NCBI RefSeq assembly: GCF_000143415.4 | Contig: NW_003314267.1 | Coordinates: forward strand, 3,786,446 to 3,850,445 | Direction: 5' to 3' | DNA: 64,000 bases | From: Selaginella moellendorffii | Lineage: Eukaryota > Plantae > Lycopodiophyta | Shown here: positions 38,899 to 50,538 of the stretch, piece after piece | Layout of the letters: every line of letters starts with the position of its first letter | How positions within the stretch are numbered: the stretch's first letter is position 1 | Made by a program: the position numbers and the translations under genes | The notes under the pieces: model-generated | What the model was told of the DNA's origin: nothing | Database searches by the model: none | What the model saw: the letters and a program-made list of their open reading frames with translations, nothing else

Positions 38899-41800
38899 CT
38901 TTGTATAGTAGAGATAGTGGGTAGGTTGGGCATGGCTGACCAATCTGAGGCATAGTCTAGCTCTCACTTGTGTGCTTGTCTTTGTTTTGTGTCCGACTTG
39001 GGTCTAAGCCCGTAAATCACTATAGGATAAAAGGTAAAAACCACGTGCACTACACAAAGTGAAGAAAGATAACATGGCCGGAAGATCACATATGTTAGCT
39101 ATGGCCCAAAGTATTAACCACTTTACAAGAAGCAAAATATTTTTAAGTGTATAAGAGGCTTGTTCTTTGGCCTGGTTTGTGCTTTGTCCCTTGTCCTAGG
39201 TCAACTTTAGCAAACTTAAGTGTTTGATATCCCTCCTGTGATGTTCTAGAGATTTTTGGTGGAACCTTCATATAATAATTTTAAAAGGTTAAAAGTTGTA
39301 ACTTGAGAATTTTAGAGAAAAATACCTATGATCACAATTAAAAATGTTGATTAGACTCTTGAAATCATTTGTAACTACTTGGAATTCTGGTATTAAAATT
39401 GAAATTGATAAAAAGTGAGGCAAAATAATTTTTTGGACATCAAATATAAAGAAACAAAACAAAATATCACCATATTTTAATTGTAACACCCCAAGCTACC
39501 TGAGTCATATAAGACAAAATTTATGATCATGATGAAATTGATGTTTATGAATGATTCTATTTTAGATTTAAAAAAACATGTTTAAATGAAATTTATGTTC
39601 ACCTGGGTCCATGTGAGACGAAATTCTTGCTTGCCCATACTTTGGGTAGGATGTGTGAACTCCCACAAATGAGTTTTGGCCCCTATCTTTCATGTTTTCT
39701 TGTCTTCTTTGCCACACAAGTTTCAACATGGCAAAAGATAACAAAATTTAACAAGAGGCCTCACACTTTACATGTCAATTTGGAGTGGCCAAGGCGAGAC
39801 AAGATGTCGATGCCACTCATTCCCTGCCCCTATGCTTGCCACCATCCCTTGTACGGAAGAACACAGAAACAATTACTTTGTACGGTGGTTCTGCCAAGAC
39901 GTAAGAACGCTCTGGATCCTTCTCTACCTCAAAGAGAACTTGGTGCCTTTCTTCTCATTGAATGAATCTCAAGCGATGGGTCACGGGACATAGACTATGT
40001 TCTTGGTTCGTATTGGTCTCGGGGAAAGAAAAGGATTGAGAAGAAGATATTTCGCAGCTCTAGCAGAAACTTCTCGAGATCTTGTCGAAGATTCGCAAGC
40101 CTCGTACGCTCGCTCGCTGCGCCATTGCCGAGCTCAAAGATCTCCTCCAAGGCAAGTCCGTCCACCGCCGGATCAATCAGGCAGGCCTCCAGAGAAATTT
40201 CCAGCTGGGCAATCTCCTCCTCCAAATGTATGGAAATGCGGGGATTTAAGCAGCGCTCAAGAAGTCTTCGATTCCATCCCAGAAAAACCACGCTCGCCTG
40301 GTCCCTATTCGTCACCGCATATGCCCAGAATGGGCATACCAGGTCTCTACGACTCTATGCAAAGCCACGGCCTTTTTCCAAGTGACTTTACCATCTCGGT
40401 GGCCCTCAGCTCCTGTTCCAGCCTCAAGAGCTTCGAGCGAGGAGCGAGGATCCATCGCTGGGCTGACGAGCACGGCTATGGCTCCAACCTTCTCGTCCAG
40501 AACGCGCTCGTCAACTTCTACGCAAAGTGCTCCAAGATCCCAGAGGCAATGAAACTGTTTGGCGAGATGAGCGAGCGAACGAGTGTCACCTGGAACGCAG
40601 TCATTTCGGCTCACGCCCAGAACGATCGCTGGCACTCTCGATCTCTATCGCGAGATGCTGGCCGAGGCTGTCGAGCCGAGTAGCGTCACCTTTGCGGTGG
40701 CTCTTAGCGCTTGCTCCAGCTTGGGAGCTATGGAGGAAGGCTGGAGAATCCACGCTCGGTTCTCACTGTGTGGATTCCACCGCGCCACCATCGCCCAGAA
40801 TGGGCTCGTAAGCATGTACGCCAAGTGTGGCTGCCTGGACGGAAGCTCGAGCTATCTTCAATGGAATCCTGGAGCGAACTGTCGTCTCGTGGTCTGCCAT
40901 GATCGGAGCTTATGCTCTCCATGGCCGCGGCCAGGAAGCTCTCCTTCTCTTTCATAGGATGAGAAAAGATGGAAGAGTGGAGCCGAATGCCATGACTTTC
41001 ACTGGAGTTTTCAATGCCTGTGGCGTGGTCGAGGATCTGGAGCAAGGCAGAGAGATTCACGCTCTCGCCATGGCGAGTGGAGAGCTCAAATCATCCAGCC
41101 CCATCCTGGAGAACGCGCTGCTGAACATGTTCGTGAGGTTTGGCAGCCTGGAAGAAGCTCGCAAAGTCTTCGACGCGATGGATCATCCGGACGCCTTCTC
41201 GTGGACGAACATGATCACCGCTTGCACAGAGAACTGCGAGCTTCTCGAGGCGTTGGGCTCTTCCACTGGATGAATTTGAAAGGGGTCCCTCCAACCAGTG
41301 TCACGCTCGCCAGCGTCCTCAATGCGTGTGCTTGTTCTGGAGCTCTCAAAGTTGGCAAGCAAATCCATGCCCGCCTTGATGCCAGCGGCTTTCTCCGCCA
41401 TGCAAACCAGGAACTCTGTATCCTGGACTGCGATGATTGCCGCGCTTGCTCAGCACGGCCAGGGCGATGAAGCTCTCGAGCTCTTCAAGGAGATGAACTT
41501 GGAAGGCATGGTGGCCGACGCCACCACTTTCATCTGCGTTCTCCGCGCTTGCAGCCATGCCGGGCTCATCAAGGAGAGCCTCGAGTTCTTCCACAGCATG
41601 GTGGAGGACTACGCCATCGCTCCAACTGAGACGCACTACTGCCGAGCGCTGGACACGATCGGCCGCGCGGGGCGCCTCCAGGACGCCGAGGAGCTGATCC
41701 ACAGCATGCCTTTTCACCCCGAGACAGTGACATGGAAGACGCTGCTCAACGCTTGTAGAATCCATAGCCAGGCCGAGCGAGCTACAAAGGTGGCGGAGCT

Positions 41801-42206
41801 CCTCGCGAAGCTCGCGCCCGAGGATAGCATGGCGTACACGCTGCTGGGAAACGTCTACGCCGCCACCGAGAGATATGGAGACCAAATGAGAGTGAGGAAG
41901 AGCATGACGGATCGGGGCCTCAAGAAAGTACCCAGGAAGAGCTTCATCGAGGTGAAGAACAAGGTCCATGAGTTCGTCGCTGGCGATCGAGCTCATCCCA
42001 GCCGAGACGAGATCTTGCTAGAGTTGGAGAAGCTCGGCGGAAGGATGAGAGAAGCCGGGTACGTTCCAAACACGAAGGACGTCCTTCATGCCGTGAACGA
42101 GGAGGAGAAAGAGCAGCTGATTGGATTGCACAGTGAGAAGCTGGCCATTGCGTTTGGGTTGATCGCCACACCACCTGGAACTCCTCTCTTGATCGTCAAG
42201 AACCTC
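32718..42206. repeat. Tandem segmental duplication unit C (9,489 bp; ~8.3 kb internal deletion at ~35994)
   Basis: Starts at the same junction. Jumps from solo-LTR sequence (AGCTATAGTCAAA) to LTR-element internal sequence (TCCTTGAAAAGTG). Continues into the native DYW end. Confidence 0.95.
35995..39054 (+). mobile_element. 3' part of the LTR retrotransposon, copy C (inverted repeat ~36863-38191 plus 3' LTR)
   Basis: Matches ~8744-11793 and ends CACTACA. Confidence 0.85.
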
Positions 42207-42338
42207 CGGGTTTGCTCGGATTGTCACGCCGCCACCAAAGTTATTGCAAAGATCATGAGGAGGAGGATAGTTGTGCGAGACACTCACAGGTTCCATCACC
42301 TTGAGGATGGCCAGTGTTCTTGCAAGGATTACTGGTGA
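39997..42338 (+). pseudogene. PLS-PPR-E-DYW gene, copy C: N-terminal PPR array frameshifted, C-terminal E-E+-DYW frame (41400-42338) open
   Basis: Complete deaminase signature HSEKLA...KNLRVCSDCH...RFHH...CSCKDYW*. Upstream frameshifts are shared with copies A and B. Confidence 0.95.
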
Positions 42339-43242
42339 GACATTTTTTTTGTCGTCCTTGCAATACGTAAAAAACAAACATGAAACTACTGGCTTAAGAA
42401 AGTGCAGAGGGCGTCTACTGGAGATTGTTTTGCAACACGGTCGAAAATGAAGAAAATCAAGGCCGTGGACCGAACCTGCGGGGAAAGCCCACATGATTTC
42501 TAGTCATGTCTACCTTTAGCTGCTAGTTCAGAAGGTCAAGAAGAATGAAGTGGACAAATTCTTGTTATCACTCAATTCTTGTAAATATTATTGCATTCTG
42601 TAAAGCAAATTATTTCTATTCAATAAGACAATTCTAGCTTAAGCAGCCATTCATTTTGATATACAGTACATTCATAGGGATTAATTTACCTTTATAAAAA
42701 ATATGATCAGAGAAACCAACACTTAAAGTAGTCAAAGTAATATCACAATTTTCAAAATATTTAAAAACTATATATATTTTCTAAATAATTTAAAGGTTTC
42801 CAATGAGTTACTAATATATATCAAATAAGATAATTATTTGTCACAATTTTACATTTACTAATGAGTGCTTGCAATAAATCATTTATTACCTTTTTAATTA
42901 TTTCATTTATTAATCTTTGGAGAGAACCACATAAAATTTATTTTCCAGTTGAAATATCTGTAGAAGAATATGGAATACTTCCAGTTAAACATTAATTTTT
43001 ATAATAACACTTCCTCCATCAATATCTATTAAATCAGTATCAATATAACTTTGTGGATAAAGATTAGATTCATGTAATTTTAGTGCAAGTCTTTTAATGT
43101 GATATAAAATTGTATTAATATCTTCCTCAGTAAGTGAATTATTCTTTCCACAATATATATTTATTTTACCAAATAGAATTCCATAATGTATATTTAAAAT
43201 AAAAATAACTATAAGGTTTATAAATACATATATGTATATACG

Positions 43243-43391
43243 TGTATAATCTTAGCTAGGTAATACACTAATTATAGTACTATAGCATATAGACTATTCA
43301 TTTGGGATTGAATGTAGTCTATCCACTTTTATATATAAACAAAGTCTAAACCCTAATTAATATATTTATTCCTATATCCCAAACATTCACA
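43243..43391 (+). repeat. Short LTR-like direct repeat, partner at ~53490-53620; followed by degenerate retroelement-like leader
   Basis: TTATAGTACTATAGCATATAGAC.ATTCATTTGGGA.TGAAT...CC.TAATTAATATA..ATTCCTATAT occurs at both sites. The left copy ends TCACA. The AGATCT-rich leader after it resembles 55600-55770. Confidence 0.55.
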
Positions 43392-45450
43392 TTGTATTGC
43401 AATTTGTCTTTGAAGAGCAAAATTTTTTGGTAGTGCTTTGCTTTGGTGTTCAGGATTATGTTTTATTTTATTTTTTTCATTCTCTTTTAGATTTAGATCT
43501 ATATTAGCTTTTTGTAAGATCCAAAATTTTAACTATCACTATGCTTAGATTTACTCTTTTTTTTTCTGATTTTCATTACATTCTCTTCTTTTACTATACC
43601 ATGCCATCATCAATTAAGAAGTATATCATTTGAAGCTGTTGATACTACTCCATTGGATCAAGTTTTTGGAGTTGTGAGGTGTAATTATATTGGTGTTACA
43701 TCCATTCTTAATGTGTTGCCACTTCCATGTGATTATATGGTTTTTCTTATTCTCAATGTTCTATCATCTCCCATTGATGTGGAGCATCATCATGACATCA
43801 ATTGATGAGATATAGATAATGTAGTTTGGTTTTTGGAGAATGTTTAAAAATCAAGTTTATGGGAAAATAATGTTTATGAGCTCAAATGGATTTTGAATTG
43901 TGATGAGGAACTTAATTAATATGGAGATAGTTTTGAAGATAAACTAGAGATTTTGCAGGGTATATATCAATTCTTTAATCTATCATTTAATCCTTTCTTT
44001 TTACCTTTTGCTCTTTCCCAGTTTTTCGTTATTTCTTGACATAAACCACTCTTTTATGTTCTTCGTGTTCTTTCCTCATTTGCAATATTTCCTTCTCACT
44101 CAACTCAATATTGGATTGAGAATGAAAATCATAAAAATTAAAAATAATCAATGTGTCAAGTTTTCTATCCTTCTTATACTAATCTAGATATTAAGTATAG
44201 ATGTGAAGTTGAAAATCTTGTTTTTATTTCTTTGGCAGAGTCTTTGCTATTGAGCATTCCTCTATTCTAAGAGTTACATCATTTTGGCTAGAGTTTTAGA
44301 TTGAGTATGTATTCCTAGTTATGAGTGTTATTAAAAGCCTTTACTTTATCATTGATGTTGAGGGGTTTATGTATTCCTTTAAAAGTGTGGATTTTTTTTA
44401 TTAATTTTCTATTTTAAGTGTTGAATTGTGTGTTGAGGAGGTTAAGCGTTATGAATCTTTTACTTATTTCATGCTAGTTGAAGTATTTTATTATACTAAA
44501 TCTTTTATTCTTCAAGCTTTAAATATGTTTTCTTCTTTTCTTCCAATTTTTATTTTGACAATTGCTGAAAATTATTCTTCTAATGCTTCTTTGTCCACTT
44601 TTTCTTTATCCACGATGTTTCTTCTTCCCTTTTTCTTACCTTCTCCTTTTTGCTTTGATTTTTCAAAAAAAATTTCTCAGAGGAAGGGTTTAACTCCGAT
44701 GATGCTCTATTTCGTTAAAGTGGGATTTATTTAGTAAAATGGGACTAGATACAAATTTTCAAGTATTTGAAAATGACGTGAAATTATATGTTTTTTGTCC
44801 AGGGGCTAGACATATCTGGGGCATGGTGACTAGTGCGGTGACTTTGTGTCCAGACTGAGTCCATCTGGTTGTATAATAAATCTCATTGTCAAGGTGAACA
44901 AGCCGAATCTGAAGCTAAAGAAGAGCGATGGCATACGTGCACACACTATTTGTTTGTTCATTGAGCGTGTGGTGAGCTTTCCAAGATGAACGTCATTCCT
45001 ATTAGCCAGACATATAACTTAATGGTGAGAACATTTAAATATTATTCAATGTTATCTTTTCTAACGAATCTAATTGTGAAGGTGTAGCAAGAGGCATTGC
45101 TAGTCTGGAGAAGTCATTTAACTCATTTGACCCTTAGTGTATTTTCATGAAACTAAATAACATTCATATTATTAAGGAATTTTTCTAGTACCTTTTTTTT
45201 ACGACATAGAGGCTTGCATTTCTTTCAAAGGTGATTTAGTAAAAGGCTTGAGGGCACATGCCATTCTATTTCTCAGACCGGTATTAAGATATACTAGTGC
45301 AAAGGGAAAAAGGTATTTGGTGATCAAGTAAATGGCATGAGGGCACACACCATTATAAGCCTAAGCGCTAGTGGACACCTCCTTTTTGGTGTCACGCCTC
45401 ACGCCATCACGCCATGCCATCACGCCTCCTCTGATTCAGATTCGGATTGT

Positions 45451-48231
45451 TCACCTTGAAATAAAATACATAATCTCACCTTGAACCCGGGTTATAAATG
45501 CTCTTGCTGCATCTCTTGCATGGTCTGGCAAGGTGATGGTGGCACTCTGCTTCCGCATCCAACCATGCACAACATTATCCACCGATATGCTCATGCTGGG
45601 ATCCCTTGGATTCAGCACCCATCTCTTTTCTAGGCAATCCTTCGTATATCCGGAACTTGGCTTGAACCACTCCACAGTTACATTAAAGGAGTTAGTTTCC
45701 GCGTCCTCCTCTGCATCAGTGATGCAGTGCCCCACCCATATCATTTGTTTTTTATTACTGGGTCTGACAAGCACGACCATTCCTTTGCAGACCTGTACTG
45801 GATTGAATGCTGAATCCGGCTTCTTGTTCCTCGGCCCACAATAGTGATCCTCAACATCGTTATCTGTCACTACATTTCCAGAGGACATTGTTCCGCTACT
45901 ATCTGGTGCTCTGGGTTCTGGCCAAAAGGACTCTTCCAATTCTTCATATACAACCGGCCCATTTTGGATAGTAGATATAATCTTCTCCCAGTATTCGAGC
46001 AAAGGCTTGCACCTCTTAAAATAGGATTCTCCACCAAACACCAACCCCCTCTTCCAGAAGGCAATATGCTGTCTAATCTCGGCCACTATACTTTCCTGGT
46101 CTTTGAGTCCATCCGGGTGCATCGGCCGTGGGGAACCCTAAGGAATCATAGGTTCCCCAGTTATGGGATCTCTCTTGAAGAGTTCAATGCTGTCCACTGG
46201 CAGCCACACTGTGTCCCATTCTCTCATCTTGTACCTCATCACTGGAGCACCGTCACGCATGCTGAAATGAAACTGAAGAGGCTTGGAGTGGCCAATCAGC
46301 GTTTCGGATCCGTCCCTGATGTAGCCTCTTACAAACCCCTTAAAGTCTGGAACCTCTGTCACAAGTGCAGCTTCAATAGTGCCTTTGATGCAATTTTGGA
46401 ATTCATCGTAGAGTTGTGGGAGGGTGAGGACATTGGATCGCCGGAGGGACTCTGCCAGGTGACTGAACATGGCATCGACGTCTTCATGAGTGTGCCCAAC
46501 CATGAGAAAGCCAAGTGTAACCGTTTCAAATATGCCTTTGGCAACAAGCATCGCCAAGTGGGGTGGAAGGCCACATCGGCCGCAAGAACTTCCTTGAGAT
46601 TTTGCTTCGTTTGGATGAGGCTGTGCATTCACCGGGCGACCAGCCTCGTCGGAATGGCATGAGGCCTCACGTGATAACCCTACAATCTGACGGCCAACAT
46701 ATTCACTGGGATGGCATGGGGCCCCACACGATACTGCAAGCCTTTGCTCCTCCTCCAGCTGAACCCTATATGGGGTTCAATTGACAAGGGCCTTATGCAA
46801 GGGTTGGCCGTTCAGCTCAGTCTGCGCACTTTGCAGAGACCTTAAGTGTTTTGCTAGGGACGCAATCATCATGTTTGCACCCCCGCCACCCCATAGAGGT
46901 ACAAAGAAGTTCCCATAGTTCTGGGCACCATGCCCATGAGCGATTATGCCAAACAGAGACACAGGCAGCTGCATGGATGAAGAGATTGCCTTGGGGGCAG
47001 GATTGAGTCGAGGTAAGCACGTCTTTTTCTGGTCCATTTTGTCGTGGATGATGCAGAGGTAAGAGTCAGGTCTCTCCATGGAGAGAATCCTGTTATGATA
47101 ATATGCAGTCCTGCAGCTTCTCTGCTCGATGTTGTGGTCGAGCCGCCTTCTAACCAACGTCTCTCGCTCTTGAGCGCTGCAAGAATTCTTCGACAAAGCC
47201 ATTTTGATAGCAGTGCACTCGTCACACTTTGAAAAGCTGGAGTACTTTCCTATACTCACATCCCTGAACCTGTTGCTCCACAATCTACTAAATCTAGATT
47301 GGCTCAACTTCCTGTAGCCATTACTCTGGAATTCCCGATTCACATCTTCCAATATGGCCCCCTTGGTATACATGGAAGGGAGAACTCGTTGGGTGTCTCG
47401 AGTTCCATCTTCCAAGAGGCGGGTTTTATGTGGTTGCTGCTCGCTATATGTCTCGACAAACCTCTTGAAGATTGCCTCTCCATATACAACATGACCCCTG
47501 GTTTTGTGAGTACCGTCGTTCCCATGGACTGCCTGTTGAACCCTTTGTTCCTCGAACTCAGTTTTGATTCTGTAGAATGTGGTTCAAGGGACTCCATAAA
47601 TGATTCTCCATGTCTTCATGCAGACCAAACCCCTCTGGAAGACCATGCCCCCCACCTGATGTTCTGAAGCATCAACAGATGACCGTAATGCCTCATACAC
47701 AAAATTGCGAGCTACCTTTCAGGACAATGTCTTGTATCTTGCTCTCTCCTCTTCAATAGCATCCCAATCAGCATGTTGACAGCACCTCCTCTTGCAACAA
47801 GCAACTGTCGAGACCATTCGAACCTCCATCGCCATTTTCTGCCTTTTCGGTTCGTTACTCAGATCCCTTTGGCTGCGCTTTAGGGAGGTGTACTTTCTTT
47901 ACCCATGAAGAGATGTTCTGTCATCAGTTGTAGTGGTGTTTGATTGTGAATCCTTCACATTCTCAAACACTAAGTGCCTCAATTTCCACCGCACAATGCT
48001 TCCAATAGCCAGACTGTTTTCTTCTGTGTCAACAACCTCTAAAATCGCAACTCCAATAACATCCCAGCCCAATTCTTGATTAGCAACCGCATCTCTTGGA
48101 TCGACAACTGTGGCTAAGCCCTCAGCTACCACCTCCCCCTCGGGGTTGTTTAGAAACACCTTTGCCTTAATCCATGTAGCACGGTTCTTAAGATCCACGG
48201 AGGGAACATGCGTCGCACTTGCAGAGGCCAT
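45451..48231 (-). pseudogene. Sola1/DUF7869-like transposase pseudogene (one 927-codon frame, five premature stops)
   Basis: ORFs 47899..48231, 46777..47415, 46138..46632 and 45451..46122 share one frame. Motifs: CCKRRCC, VC..TW.IIYGVP.TTFYR, HGN, FSKCDEC, IIHDKMDQKKT, FLMVGHTHEDVDAMFS. Stops at 47899 TAA, 47719 TGA, 47584 TGA, 46777 TGA, 46138 TAG. Confidence 0.75.
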
Positions 48232-48419
48232 TCTGAAAGTGCAGAAAAGAAGTTAAGACCATACAAAAAATGATTGGAGAATGGCCTAAATCATAACATA
48301 CCAAACAACCTCAATAGCATGAGGCCACATGCCATTATTCAAACATGCTATTGACACCCACGTGAAATTTCGCATTCACAAAATTGGCATGAGCCCTCAT
48401 GCCATTAGTGGTACCACTA

Positions 48420-48611
48420 ATGGCATGAGGCCTCACGCTATCTTTGGCCCCTGCTAGCCTGTTGCTATATTTCTTTTGCCTTGCTGCAACTGTATATATT
48501 TTTGTGTGCGTGACTAGTCACCCATACAAAAATATATACAGTTGCAGCAAGGCAAAAGGAATATGGCAATAGGCTAGTAGGGGCCAAAGATGGGATGAGG
48601 CCTCATGCCAT
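48420..48611. repeat. Spacerless 192-bp palindrome/hairpin capped by two 22-bp palindromes
   Basis: Centre TGACT|AGTCA at 48515/48516. The inner 75-bp arms have 6 mismatches. Confidence 0.95.
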
Positions 48612-48802
48612 CTTGATATACACACAGCTGCAAGCAAGTAAAAACGTACATGACAATACGTTAGCCATGAAATTGCAAGGGCCCAAGATGGCATGTGGCC
48701 TCATGCCATTTCTAAATGTGGTCCTAAGCCATTCCATGGTGAACATACCAGGAAGCACAAGTGCCGAATATCAAGAGGAAGCGGTAGCCACACCAAAGAC
48801 AG

Positions 48803-48885
48803 TGCCGCTCGCAACACCGCAACTACTCGTAACGCCACTCGCAACACCGCAACTGCTCGTAGCGCCTCTCGCACAAACTGCCACA
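48803..48885. repeat. 30-bp GC-rich tandem repeat (~2.5 units)
   Basis: GCC.CTCGCAACACCGCAACT.CTCGTA.C repeated. Confidence 0.8.
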
Positions 48886-49057
48886 CGCATAAACTGTCGC
48901 TCGCAATGGCGCTCGCAATGCCGCAACCGCTCGTAGACGCATAAACCACAGCTCACAACACCGCTTACACAAGCAGCGCTCACTGCGCTTAGCGGAACCA
49001 AGAACACGGCGCACAAAAATGATAGACCTAGGAATGAGTTCGAGAATTCAAAAATAA

Positions 49058-50538
49058 CACACGCTTGAACGTCACATCAAATCCTTTGACAAACCAGATC
49101 TTATGATTCCTCTGACAAATTTCAAACTGAGTAGCTTCTAGACTTTGCTGTCGGAGGTTGAACTTTGTCACATCATGTCCTTGCCTCGATCCAACTATGC
49201 CATGTCAGTGATTCGAACTTTGCCATGCCATGTCAGCGATCCGCACCAAGATTATTCGCCGTGTAAAGGAATAATTATGCTGTGTGTGTACGTCCATTTA
49301 TGGCAATATAAGGCCACATGCCATTCAAAGAATAATGCTAGTCGAGCATTTTTTGGAGCATTTTTGGGTTCAAAATTGCATGAGCCCACACGCTTTAAAG
49401 TTTACCTGTACCAAAAATAAAAACAGCTTTATTTACTTGGGAATTTAAGTGGTTGAGGCATTTTTAAACTTACAAACACATGCCCTACTTACATTCCTTT
49501 GGTTGCTTAAAATTCAAAAATATTATAAACCTTTCTTTTTGCATTTTCAATGTTTTCAATTATGGTTTTTGATTTTCGCAGGACCAGCCTAGTAATCTAT
49601 TTGCATCCCGTCATGTTTATAGCTAGCTTTCGTTTGTCCCCTTCGCTAGCCTGAGATACATCTGCTCGGCATCTGCCTCTTACAGCATTTGCCCAGAAAG
49701 GGCATCTTTCTTCACGCAGCATTTGCCACATGTTTAGGGTTTAGGGTTTAGGGTTTAGGGTTTAGCAATTCAGTAGCTTGATAAACATGCAAATACAAAA
49801 CTTGATGCAAAATCCTTTGATATGTCATAATGCCCCTAGGACCATAAACACATTTCAATAGAGAAGGTCCTTTCATTTCATAACTCCTTACGTAGATCTT
49901 GGTGAAACCATAGTTAGTGAAGTTAGTTTCTTGTGATCCCACATCTGATTGTGATGTCCCTTTGCAGTGTCGATGGAAAGGTCAATGCACACCAAACTAT
50001 AAAATCTTGGAGCAAAATAACGGTCGGATCTATGGCAAATGCCCCTGAAACATTGTAAGGCTCGTGTGGTCTCATGTGGTGTCCGATTGAGATGCTTTTT
50101 TGCAGGGTCATCAAGAAAGACATTGTATACCATTCTGTAAAATCTAGTTGTGATCTAACAGTTGGATCTCCAGAAAACTCAAAAAAATCTTGCACGTGTC
50201 AGAACATTCTAGGAATATACTCTTATGTGCCTCTGAAAATGGCATGCAGCCCCACGCCATTCAAGAGATAACGCCAGATGATGCCGAGCATTTTTTGGTG
50301 CATTTTTTGGGATCAAAATTGCATGAGCCCACACGCTTGAACGTCACATCAAATCCTCTGACAAACCAGATCTTATAATTCCTCTGACAAATTTCAAACT
50401 AAGTAGCTTCTAGACTTTGCTATCGGACGTTGAACTTTGTCAAATCATGTCCTTGCCTCGATCCAGCTGTGCCATGTCAGTGATTCGAACTTTGCCATGC
50501 CATGTCAGCGATCCATGCCAAGATTATTCGCCGTGTAA
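49058..50538. repeat. Permuted direct repeats A-B ... B-A
   Basis: A = 49058-49266 and 50330-50538; B = ~49300-49395 and ~50239-50338. Confidence 0.85.
49733..49765 (+). repeat. Interstitial plant telomeric tract (TTTAGGG)4 TTTAG
   Basis: Read directly from the sequence. Confidence 0.95.

Noticed and set aside
45844-46662. 272-aa plus-strand ORF and other antisense ORFs over the transposase, PPR and NUP133 regions
   Set aside because: Shadow frames of real coding sequence on the opposite strand, with no recognisable motifs.
48595-49016. Overlapping ORFs with ATPQLLV repeats
   Set aside because: Products of a GC-rich 30-bp minisatellite.
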